This document shows, one piece after another, positions 49,393 through 60,963 of a stretch of DNA of 64,000 nt. Positions within the stretch are counted from its first letter, which is position 1; each line of letters starts with the position of its first letter. The DNA is taken from NCBI RefSeq assembly GCF_964204645.1, contig NC_134031.1:2232001-2296000 (forward strand), written 5' to 3'. The translations under genes were made by a program, and so were the position numbers. The notes beneath the pieces were generated by a model that ran no database searches, was not told the DNA's origin, and worked only from the letters and a program-made list of their open reading frames with translations. Source of the DNA: Tubulanus polymorphus (Eukaryota > Animalia > Nemertea).

Positions 49393-50326
49393 TTCGGAGC
49401 TCGTGAAGGTGTAGTTTTTCCGGAACGTGCAGCAAACTGAATAATGAAGCCAACGTTGGGTCGTTTAAAATAGAAAATCGTGCCCACGTTGTGAAACAGG
49501 TGGATATTTTCAACATGACATATTGTCAATAATTTCGTGTCATCAGCAAATGATTTGCATTTCACATTTTATAGAAAATGTAGAAAATGAAAAATACTTG
49601 GAAATAACACAGGAAAATACTACGAGATACGAGAAACATGGTTTCGGGAAAACAATGTTTCCGAGATCAAACATGTTTCCGTGTTTCTGTGTTTCGTGTG
49701 CGTTGGGCTTATAGCTCCGTGATAAACGACGGGCTGCTCGTAAAGATAGCGTGTGCCCGCATTGACACCTGAGCTTCCTGGTTCCTTCCTTATTATTATC
49801 AATTCTCAGTTTTTCAATGCTACATTTCGAAGTACGAGGCACATTTTGACACGATGACGCTTTGCCTAAAACGCTAAGAATGAATGAAAAACAGACGCAT
49901 TTTTCAAATATTTCCGTCGAATCGATACTCCAGTAATTTTACACTCAATGGTAAAATTCAAATTCACACCTTTTGAGTTTTGAACTTCAAAATTATTATA
50001 CTAAGTTTAGAACAGAGGCAAGACGTTTTTAGTGATATAAACAATACTTGATAAATTCATGAAAAATCCTAATTCCCAAAAACCCAATTCAACCCCACGC
50101 CTCTCTAAATTGTATCAATAAGTAGCAAGATCTCTTCCCTTGTATCTGCCTTTCATTCGTTCGTTGGAATCTTCAAAATTGGCAGATCACACCGCACTAA
50201 TCGATGTGAAGCCATCTGCTTTTTGCATGCGATATACAACGTGTATACATGAAATCGATCGGTGTTAGTACAAGCAAACAGAATTCATTTGTAAATTTCA
50301 TAAAGATTTATTTCACAAATTCACCA

Positions 50327-50436
50327 GGACCCAGTTCCACAGTCGTGAGTTAGAGTTAACTCTGAGTTAAAGTTAGTTCATTTTCAATGTTTTAACCCAG
50401 AGTCAAATCTTAACTCAGAACTGTGGAACTGGGCCC
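50327..50436. mobile_element. MITE family B copy
   Basis: TIRs GGACCCAGTTCCACAGT/ACTGTGGAACTGGGCCC; absent from the paralogous segment near 54390. Confidence 0.85.
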
Positions 50437-50671
50437 TGGTTTATAATTATGGTAAAAATGGATTTGATCTGCTGATTGATACTTTTCAACAATTATTTTC
50501 ATATTTCTTTTCTTAATCATTTATGTCATTGAGTCTTATAGTTTTACTGTAATGTATAATCAAATATATTATCCGGTTCCGAGCCTATTTTACTGAAACG
50601 TTCATGAGTTAATCGAGCTCCTCAGTCGGCCTGTGCATTGGACCGATTTCGCTTGAATCAATTCGGTCAAT

Positions 50672-51160
50672 TCAGTTGATCCACCGCGTATTAAAACATT
50701 CGCCATATAAACAAGAACTGTTGAACGACGTTTTAAACGAATTCAAATCGCGAATGACCTTCAAGAAGTTATCGTCTTCGCATTCTTCGACGCAGATCAG
50801 CCAATCAACGCAGCGACCGTTACACGCATCGGTTTCGAGCATCTGTTTAGGAAGAGAATTTTCCTCCAGATATCGTTTCATTATTCCAGAACAAAATAAA
50901 TGTCGGCAGTATTTCTGCTTGAATGAATACATCGTTTTCACGCCCGGATCGGACTGTTCCGCCATTGCTATAGATATCGTCTTGAACAAGAAAATGGCGC
51001 CGAAGATTTTGGCTGTAAGGTCACAATAGAAACAAACAATGAAAAAACATTTCAGAAGAACTCTCGGGTTTGAACTCTTGGTCCGTGTTCAATTTGCTTA
51101 GTGTAAGTCATAATCAGTGCTTCACATATAGACCTACCTACCGGTCATCAGCAAATTCAT
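50672..51160 (-). CDS. Small secreted 8-Cys protein (119 aa), unknown function
   Basis: Exon 51160-51142 (MNLLMT) plus 51012-50672 gives the signal-like MNLLMTAKIFGAIFLFKTISIAMA, then C-x4-C...C-x3-C-x5-C-x3-C...C-x4-C. Confidence 0.7.
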
Positions 51161-51980
51161 TTTAGTTCTGCGACACAGTTCACAGATCGGAATGAAACAC
51201 TAGAAACTCGATCTTTCTTTGAGTTACAACGGTTTTTTCTGTTATCGAAATTAAGTGTAACGTAGGCAGCAGCGCCCCCTACTCTCATAGCATAATCCAA
51301 TCTCCAAAATACCTCAGATCTACTCCCGAGGAAAGCCCATAAGATTCGTGTTTAGTCACGCCTGCCCCTACCCTGCCCTATGAACGCCACGAAGGAACAA
51401 AAATTTAAAATTGAAGTCATTTCGGAGGTAAATTACCCGGCGAAATGGCCAGTTTTGCAAATTCTGGCGCTGAAAGTGATATCGAGGATACGTTGATTAG
51501 ATGAAACAGGTGATCCAGAGATGACAAGAGAGTCACTCGTTATGACAGATGGTTTAGGAAATCAATTGTGGAAACCTGGGAACTGTCAAGTCGTAAATCG
51601 CTCTTCCAACTGACGAATGGATCGATACACGTGTATTTATCTATCTATCCACTATACAATGGGTAGTAATCCGTTTAACTGATAATGACGTTCCCTTTTA
51701 TTCCCGGTTCAAAATATTTTTACGACAAGCACATACTAATCACTTCGGTTACTGCATTGGCATCCTCGCTTATCAGGGTTTGATTGCCCCCGCCGAAACT
51801 CACGCCAACAAACCCTGGGCCCCTTATCCTTCATCGCGCTAACCGGACACCAGTCTACACATCTAGCCAATCAGATGCGTAGCGAATCTACCGACGAAAA
51901 CCAACGCATCTCATAGGCTTTATCCATAGACTGGTGGCCGTGTAGCGGAAACCTGTCCATTCAAGAAATCTTGGGTAATG

Positions 51981-52477
51981 TAAAGCCTGGCGCACACGAG
52001 GCAATTTTCAGTCGCCGGTTGCTGCGACCGATTTTTGAGCAACCGTTGGGCAATCGATCGCTAGGTGTCGCCCGTATGCGACCACTGGCGACGGAGAGGC
52101 GATTATCTTTCGCGCCAAACATTTTTATCACGTGACTTTACAAGATGGCCACGCTACTAACCCGGGTGATGCCGTATTTGGAAGTATCACATGATAATTA
52201 TTCGTTTAGTCATTGGCTAGGTTGATGAGGTGCTCGTTGCTTGGCGTCTCCAGCTACCGCACACGGGCAATTCCCGAGCGATCGCCGAGCAATTTCTCGG
52301 CGACAAGCAATTTTCAAACATGTTTGATATTGGGCGACACGGAGCAATTCCTTTCGACAACGAGCAATCGCTGTCGCCCCTTGCCGCAGACGAGCGAATT
52401 TTTTCGTTCGACGCCGAGCAATTCGGGCGGTTGCTCGAGAATTGCTCGAAACTGTCGCCCGTGTGCGCCAGGCTTTA
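51981..52477. mobile_element. ~500-bp MITE (TIR TAAAGCCTGGCGCACACG), Harbinger-like ends
   Basis: Perfect 18-bp terminal inverted repeat; internal short repeats (GAGCAATT / TCGCC). Confidence 0.8.
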
Positions 52478-52884
52478 TAGACCAACGTAGGGTTTGCGGC
52501 CAGCGTTTGTGTTGGCATGAGCTTCGGCGGGAGGCAATCAAACCCTGGCCAGCGAGGATGCTGCATTGACTTTTTCAAACCAATTTGATTGTAGCCGGTA
52601 CCAGTACCACAAACAAGAAATATCTAGCACTTCCTATGAAAAGTTAGTATATTCAAACGCCTGTAAGACATCACGAGTGTTGACATAGCCACTGTGGAAA
52701 GTAGGTTAGTAGTTCATTCATGTCACCTGGCAGGTGACGACGCCCGGACGTATCGGATCACGCGTCGTCACGACCCATGTGACAACGACAGTGAAGAGTG
52801 ATATCCCCGTATTGGACCTCTTCTCTGTCTCCTGCGTTCTCTCTTCGATAGATTGCATCAACGTTTGAAACATTCATTCTTAAG

Positions 52885-52940
52885 CCACTGAACGATGACG
52901 TCATACAGTTTCAAGGACAGGTGGCCGTCTTTCATTAGTA
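52885..52940 (-). pseudogene. Relic of the 3' end of a paralog of the 54847-57497 gene
   Basis: TCATACAGTTTCAAGGACAGGTGGCCGTCTTTCA closely matches ~54863-54896 (KDGHLSLKLYDV vs KNGNPSLKLYEV). Confidence 0.5.
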
Positions 52941-53562
52941 TATCGTATCTATAAATGATGATTTGCCGTTCGTTCTATGTTGCCCCGAAATCTAATTTTG
53001 CTGCTTCCAGGGAGAATTCATCGGTCATTTGATAACGAGATCTGACTAGATTATCTATCCAGTGAAGCAAGCCTTGACTCCCGATTACCAGTGCTCCCTG
53101 CTCTGATAACATGGAAGCCGGCTTTGACCCTCCATTCCCAGTGCCCCTCCTCTGATAATGGTGAAGCTGGCTTACCCTCCATTAGTGCTATAACTCTGAT
53201 AACAGTCAAGCCGGTTGTGATCCGTGATTGCCTGTGTCCTCACTTCTAGCAGTGAAGCTGACTGGGAGATGGTCCACTCGCAACCTCGCCGCTCGTGAAG
53301 GTGTAGTTTTGCGAAACGTGCAGCAAACTGAATAGTGAAGTCATCGTTGGGTCGTTTAAAATAGAAAATCGTGCCCACATTGTGAAACAGGTGGATATTT
53401 TCCACATGACACATTGTCGATAATCTTATGACACCAGCGAATGATATACATAATAGAAAAGTATCCTTGCGTCATGAGTATCATAGATAATACACGTTCT
53501 TGCAAAATGAATAATTATCTTAATAGATTTGAGAGCTCGGATAGCTATCCATAGAGCCTTCT

Positions 53563-53742
53563 TAAGCCCAACGCACGCGACGTATGAAACACGAATACAG
53601 GAAACAGAAACATGTTTCCAAGCGTTTCCCTGTGTCGCGTGCGTTTACGAGATACGAGAGACATGGAGACAATGTTTCCGAGATTACGTGTTTCTGCGCT
53701 TCTCTGTTGCTCTGTTTCCGCGTTTCGTGTGCGTTAGGTTTG
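53563..53742. mobile_element. Palindromic MITE (AAGCCCAACGCAC...GTGCGTTAGGTTT)
   Basis: Inverted termini with internal GAAAC/GTTTC repeats; related fragments at ~49620-49712 and ~30070-30121. Confidence 0.7.
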
Positions 53743-54846
53743 TGGTCTAGTGATGAACGACCACAGTGGGCTGCATGTGGGCGAATAGTGGAAATCTGAA
53801 GGAAAATTATTCTTACCGCAAGTAAGAAGATACGACTAATTTTGTCAAATCTTCCCTTTGCTCTATATAGTATTCAAAAGCCTCAGTAGCAAAATTCAAA
53901 TTCAAAACTTTTTCAGTTTTGAATATCATGAAATTATTGTACGCATTTATTTCAGAACGGACCAAGTCGTGCTTGTTGATACATGAATTCATAAAAAATT
54001 TTAATTCACGGAAGCCCAATTCTTGCTCATTCGAATAATTTATGCACAGATTGAAATATCACAACGAAATCTATTCTTCTCGTGCTAATGTGCGTTGACA
54101 GAATAAACGAATGTATTGATTGGATCGGGAAAGGCAGGTGGTTTTATATCAGCGCAATAAGCAGGAAATGAATTCGTATTCGGTGAGTTTTTTTTCGGTT
54201 CATAAACTCGCCTTCATTTCGTTAGTTAGAGATCAGACTTCCAACTTTGCAGATCATCGCACCAATCGATTTGAGAAGCCATCTGCTTGTTGCGATGTAT
54301 ATCTACGTATAGCAATGTACATCGAATTGATCGGTGTTAACGCAAAATTGATAGCATTCATTTGGAAATTTCATAAACTTTCTTTCGTCAATTCATCGGT
54401 TTCATTAATGGAATAATTATATCATGTACAAATGGAATAGTTGATCTGCCGTGAAATATCCTTTTGAATATTGAATGACGATTTTTCTGCTATTTTTAAA
54501 AATATTTTTTCTCGATCATATTTCTCGCTCAAAGCCTTTATTGTTTTACTGTAATGAAATCAGTGTATCAATCTACGTAATATGCTCTCTAGAAAGAATG
54601 CGAGAGTTTATCAAAAACCACCGTCTGGAAAAAACAAACCGAGAAGTCCTCTTATACTTATGCCGACTATTGAAAATAAATGCGACAAAAACTTTTTCCT
54701 TTTTTATATCATATACTGAACTTTTATTGATGAAAATAGAAACAAAAATCATGAAATCTACTCTTGTAGAAGATGAAATAAAACTATATGAAACCTCAGA
54801 CCCACAAACATTCATTTTAGTGTCAAACGTTTTGAAACATATTAAT

Positions 54847-57497
54847 TCACTGATCACTGACTTCATACAGTTTCAAGGACGGGTTGCCGTTTTTCAGATT
54901 CACTTGGCACACGGCGACACAATCGCCGACCCGGATAATTTGAGAAGTTTGACTATAAATCGTCGAATAAACAATTCTAGGATTCTTGAAGCGGTCGTTA
55001 GCAGCATCGAAGTTAAAGCATATAACCGCTCCTGAATTTTGGTAATGTGGATGCACGGATAGCAGGACGTTGCCTTCGTCGTAGGCGCACACGTAACCGA
55101 CCTGCGGGCGGAAATCCAGCCCGGTAACGTCGATCACGTTAAAATCCTGGATGAAATGGCCGTCGTGCGATAAATGCAACAGATCGCAAGAACGCTCGCA
55201 GAAAAGGAACATTTCGCCGCGCGCGTTTACGTCGAAAACACCGCTGGTGAACGTGCCGCGCGGCAGCCTTACTACTTTCATTTGTCCGCTTTTGACGAGA
55301 CTGGTAACCTTCGGTGAGAGATCTAACGGAGTGATGTGCACATTTTGAGCTGTTTGCGCGTAGATCGTATCGTTACGAATAACGAAATTCTGTATATCGA
55401 GCGGTATTATCTTCTCCATACATTCGCTATTTATCTCCTCTTTACGGGAACTAAACTTTCTCAAAACGAACCCGGATCTACTGTCCTTGTTCAGTACGTA
55501 TAGAAAACCGGAGCTGTCCGTTCCTAGGCCGTATATAGGACCGTAACGTTTCGAGTCAAAATGTAAGTAACTGTACAAAGCATCTTCATCCATACGATAT
55601 AAAGCATTAGATCGCCATTCGGTGCATATGATGTTCGGTATGGCATTAACGGAGTCGTGGTTTGGTATCGCGGTCATCAGAGTCAGTTTCAGAGCTGAAT
55701 TCGTCTGCGTTTTAAGCAGAAATGTTCCGATATTGCAAACCGATTCGGTTGTACTGGTACTCATTCGTGATTCGTCATTTTTATCGCGTTCCTCTAACTC
55801 GGTGATTCGCGCGCACAGAGATTCGTTTACGGTTCTGACGTGTTTCGATATTTCGACGTGTTTGCGGCGAACTTCGGCGACATCTTTTTCGAATTGTTTG
55901 AATCGGTTTTCGAGATTTTCGTTGAATTCGGGGCAGCGAATCGGAGCCGAAACCGTCGGAAAATTCACCTTCCACGAATGTTGATTTCCTTGTGTAATGA
56001 CGGCTAAATGAAGACCTAACGCTATTGATTGTGGACTGCGCTGAATCAATTCTCCATATTTCTTGGCGATATTCTCATTGTCACACCTGACAACAAACGC
56101 TTGCTTCATCGGGCTATGACTGAATGATATTGCGAGTTCGGGTACTTCGACACCAGGCGGCGCTTCTCTCCATTCTAGCATCACCTAAAAAGAATCAATT
56201 ACAAAAGACATATTAAATTTACAATTAAGAATATTACCATTTGTAATGAAAATATAACAAAAAAATTTTGACCTAGATATCAAATATCAATCGGTCAGCC
56301 CAAATTGGAAAGGACCAATTTGGAACGAACTTTTTGCAGTTCGTGAACATTTGGTCCGGTCCAAACTTAAAGCGGGCCAAACTTTTAGCAGTCTAAATAA
56401 TGTAGTGTGATCGCACCTTATATCAAGTGTCTAAAGAAAATGTTCTTACTGGTCTTCTATTTGACTTCAATGCATGTGTCTAAATAGTGGAAAAGTGGTT
56501 TGATCAACTTGGCGCATTTCGATTTTGTTGGCAGGTTTCAAAAAATTGATAGAAAATATTGTCTCAGAGATAAGCGATTCCCATATTGTTTGATCGTGTT
56601 AAACGTTTTTTTTTTTTAAATTTTTATTCCAGATTCACATCGGGACACAAAGAGACTGCACGCGATGAAGTCTGTCCTTCAGAGTGTACACTATACCTTA
56701 TGCAATATGATTGTATACATTCTGTACGTCCTGATAGGTTACCAGAAGCTTCAAATTGTATTCGCGTGGTGAGGCGATCAAGGACCATGACAATGATTTA
56801 ACGATTTTATGTCCCATTCCATAATATTCAAGGCCTTGAATTGACCAGTGCCCTATGTAAGGAATTTTGAGGACCGCTAATGAACCCTGTTCTGTGGATT
56901 TTCAATTATTTGAGCTCTTTACCGATGATCTAATAACATAATTCTAAGGTTAAGTTTATTTCATATAGAATTCTATCCTATATTTCATACCGAAGAAAGA
57001 TATCAAAACATATACTTTAAGCTTACATGTACTACTTTGAATTTGTGGGAAAAGCATCATGACCAGGACTAACAAAACGACCTTGGACCTGCCTGACTAT
57101 CTTAAATACGACAATACGTGATTTTCGTTCACCAAAGAATATATCTCAACTTTCAACTCACCTCGTTGATTGGCTTTGCTTGAATCGTCAACATCTGCCC
57201 GGTGAAAATTGCTCTCAATTTCTCCTCCACCGCCGACTCCAACGCGGTCGTCCACATCGTTACAACTAGGTGTAACAAATTACCGCGAACTTGTGTCGAA
57301 CCGCAGTCGAGATCTACCAACGGCTGATAGAAAAACTTCTGAACCGTGCGCTTTTTATTTTGCGAGTCGGACCACACGTTGATTTTCCGTTCCCCGAACG
57401 TAATAGCCAGCTCGTGTATTAGTTCTTCTTTGTCGCTGCTACAGATTTTTTTCGAAGACGACATCGTTCCAACGCTGGTTCTAGCAGACATAGCCAT
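54847..57497 (-). CDS. Uncharacterised ~557-aa protein: N-terminal globular domain, coiled coil, C-terminal beta-propeller-like (NHL/six-bladed-like) region
   Basis: Exon 57497-57162 (phase 0, GTGAGT donor) joins 56184-54847 in frame. Heptad segment FNENLENRFKQFEKDVAEVRRKH..ITELEER, then beta-rich repeats (IYGLGTDSSGFLYVL, FDVNARGEMFLF, VCAYDEGNVLLS). Confidence 0.7.
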
Positions 57498-57655
57498 GTT
57501 GTACGCAAGCCGGTCAATGCAAAACTGATGAACCACGAGCTACGAGGAAACTATTTATACAATGCAACGCAAAACGTCGCTGACCGTTGCCCCATTTCTG
57601 ACTGAGTGCATAGATATTATTACATGGTCCTAACTCTAATACAGTCAATGGTTTC

Positions 57656-57892
57656 AGGCCTACAGACTTAGAGGCAGCTACAAACGGTCCACTACTAATT
57701 AAGTTTGATTTTAGTTCTATAGTTTCAGGTACAAAGTAACAAATTATTGATCCAACAGAACACAATTTCGAATTGTTAAATTAGTGTGGTTTAGGGGGAC
57801 GCGTCGTGCGTGCGCTTGGTTGTATCGGTGATCTTGTCTATTGTTTAACTTAGTAGTGGACCGTTTGTAGCTGCCTCTAAGTCTGTAGGCCT
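57656..57892. mobile_element. Foldback element with perfect 43-bp inverted arms
   Basis: 57656-57698 is the exact reverse complement of 57850-57892. Confidence 0.8.
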
Positions 57893-58217
57893 TATTGTCT
57901 CCGTTGCAGATAATCTCCTCAATAGAATTCTAAGAATATAATGATGTACTATTTGCGTTTATTTTTTACCGATAAGAGTAAAATCTCTGCATGCGTAGAG
58001 CAGTCTCTTTACTTGACCAGAATATTGAGTGTCGCAAGAGATTTTAGATTGACCTAAACAAAAAACTGAATTCATTTCAGCGATTATCGCCACAAGTTCG
58101 TGATTGTTGAATCTTTACAGCCATACTAACGGATGTCTAAGACTTTCGAGGATTTAAAAGACAGAGATTTTCAGATGGATGCTTTTATTTGAAAATTTAA
58201 AACAAACGAAGAATTGA

Positions 58218-59791
58218 TCAATCCATAATTTCAACTGGAAGGTTGATACAAGCGATATTTTCTCCATTATCACCCTGAAGTTCCCACTTAACAATAACTT
58301 TCACCTAGAAAATAAGAAAATGTCTTAAGATGATTCTTATCTTGAGCAGGGCATAAAATGACGTGATGGTTGACAGTTGAAATAAGTTCCAAGGCAAATG
58401 CTAGTGCAAATTCTGGCTCTGGGGCCAGTTGCCAATTCGTGGCTTAGATTCATGACTATGTCCAGGACAATCTTAGTTCTATAGAATCTAACAACTGAAG
58501 CTCAACAGACACGACAAAACGTTTGTTTCATCAAAACAGAAAACACATTTTCCACAAAACGTATTGAGTTAAACGTGTTTTCTGTTTAAGTACAAAACAT
58601 ATGTCTTGCCGTGTGCGGTGAGCTTAACAATCTAACAAGATTTAAAAACTCCTTTTTACTTAAATCACGACTGTGCAACTGAGCCGAGAACTCTGGAAAT
58701 GTTTATGTTTATATGAAATGGCATATTAATTTCGATGATGCATATTTTGTCGGAATGATTTTGTTGTGTAAGAATTTAATATAGTAGTTTATTCTTTATC
58801 AAAGTGTGTATGTACTACACTGTCTTGTATGACAGATAATGATATATATCTTGTGTAAATTAGGAACTTATGAAGACTATATTGTTTCAATAATTACCGA
58901 TGGGTACAATTTATGAACCGGTATCGAAGCTTTGTAGATGTGGCTTGAACCGGCAGTTATCGGACAGGCGACCCCCGATTGACAGCCGTCTGTTTGAGGG
59001 ATCGGAAACGGAATCGGAAATCCTCCCAGAATACCATGCACCGAACCAGTCAACGTTTTACTGTTAACATCTGCAAGAAAATATATGTTCAGAAAAAAAC
59101 GTGTATCTACTTCCTGCAAGAAGTGATTATATAATGTATCAAAAGATGACAATAACCAATTAACATTCATGACTAATGATCAGTAAATGAACTTAGGAAT
59201 TTGTACAAAATTAGGGCCTATAGTAATGAATAAGTAAACAAAAGTTATTGTAAAGTTCATAGAAACAATAGACGATCTACAGGAATGAAAATGTTAGAAT
59301 AAAGAGAGTTAAATAACCACTTACTTGAGACGAATTCAATGGCGACACTGGCTGTAGTACCACGATGTAAAATACATGGGAATTCGGAACAGGGAGTCAC
59401 TGTTACTGACTTCACTTTTCCATTAGCAGATCCTGAGAAATATATTCGAATTATAAATAAATCTGCATTTCAGGAGAACTTTTACTAAGATTTAACCCTC
59501 AACTTGATGAACCATGGACCAGAAGAATCAAAGTGAACCCTTTATCTCAAATATCAAGGAAATGTAACATGTTTTTAACTGCTATAGATGTTCTTTCGTG
59601 AAGCTTTATCATAACGTGGATGCTCCAGATTTTCGGAGATGAATTTTCAGAAATCTTTTTCAACTCATCGATATAACCATTGACTCCACTCGTTTTAGTC
59701 CACGGAATAACCGATACTTACCGCATTCTTTGAATCTAGTGGCGGAACTGAGAGCCAAAATGGCAGCGAACACTGTTACTGATATCAACAT
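58218..59791 (-). CDS. NPC2: NPC intracellular cholesterol transporter 2 (ML domain), 145 aa
   Basis: Exons 59791-59722, 59432-59325, 59070-58898, 58304-58218. Signal peptide, then FKECGS, VTPCSEFPCILHRG, PFPIPQTDGCQSGVACPI, YPSVKVIVKWEL and IACINLPVEI; six conserved Cys. Confidence 0.93.
58421..58685. mobile_element. Nested MITEs in NPC2 intron 3
   Basis: Outer GGCCAGTTGC...GCAACTGAGCC; inner AAGCTCA.C..ACACG...CGTGTGCGGTGAGCTT at 58498-58625. Confidence 0.6.
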
Positions 59792-60963
59792 GGTGACGGT
59801 GAAAGTTTAGATGAATTGACGCGCTGAGAAATCTCAGTTTTTATTCTAGTCGAACGTGGCGTGATCGAAATGATCTCGAAAACCACGCGCTCGTTCACAT
59901 CGCTGGGGAATCTTATCTACAACCGAGACTAAAAGCAACCCATTAAAACATCCGTTAATTGACCGTTTATTTGAAATTTTGAATTCCGTACGTAATCATG
60001 TAGGAAAATCTAAGAACATGCAGCAGCCGAATAAACATGCACTTTCAATTTGGATGTCGCAACGGGGTACAAGAAACCATAGGCTCCAAAGTGAAAATAA
60101 CGAGTTTGGTTTCGACTACTCAACATTTGAATGTTCTTTTCTAAAAAAAACTTTTCAATGCTCACCAAAAAGTACGTTTTGTGATGAGCAAAAATACAAT
60201 GCAGGTTCTTGAGTTCTTGAGAGTAAAACTGTTGCTTCAAAGCAGTCCCTCATCTAATATTATTACAATTTTAATGTATTTGTTTATTCATTAATTCTGT
60301 AAAAATTTTACAATGAAAATAAAATCATATCATATCAAATATAATCACTTAATTCAAGATGAAATTCAAAGGCGACTGCTTGAAACCGATCATTTCGTGC
60401 GAAGGTGAGATAATAATTAGTGAAATACACACTTAGACGAAATTTAGAGAGTCATATTTCAAATACTTAACGTTTAATTGAAATAGCATCTAACAGCTAA
60501 CAGCTAACAGTTAACAGCATGTGACACGAATAAACTTAAAATGCGAGAAAGTGCATATTAATTAAATAAATAATACGGAGTTTATCAGACTGGGGTTATT
60601 GCTCTGAAACGTAGGTCGGTGCTTGTCCACAGTGACCTATAACTACTCAAAGGTGTGTCGAGAACTGTTTGTGCTCTAAAACCAGTGCTCTCTGGTCGGT
60701 GAAGTGAAACGTGCTCGCTAATCGTGTTAATTCCACATTGCACACGTAACTCAATGAACTCACACGCCGGGCGGCTACGAGCAGATCTGTGACAAGCTAG
60801 AACGAGTGGTCAGTACAAATATATACACGCATTTGCGCGAACGACACGATTTGATTTGATTTGTGAAAGGATATCACAACAAAGTTACAGTAACGACGTT
60901 GTGACCGCGCAAAGTATACGCAGTCTCGCTGTATTCACTTCGATTCACGTAAATCAACACGAA

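Noticed and set aside
52210-52578. Overlapping ORFs as a transposase
   Set aside because: They lie mostly within a short non-autonomous MITE and show no DDE motifs.
54475-55035. 186-aa plus-strand ORF
   Set aside because: Begins in AT-rich 3' flank, overlaps the minus-strand gene antisense and shows no motifs.
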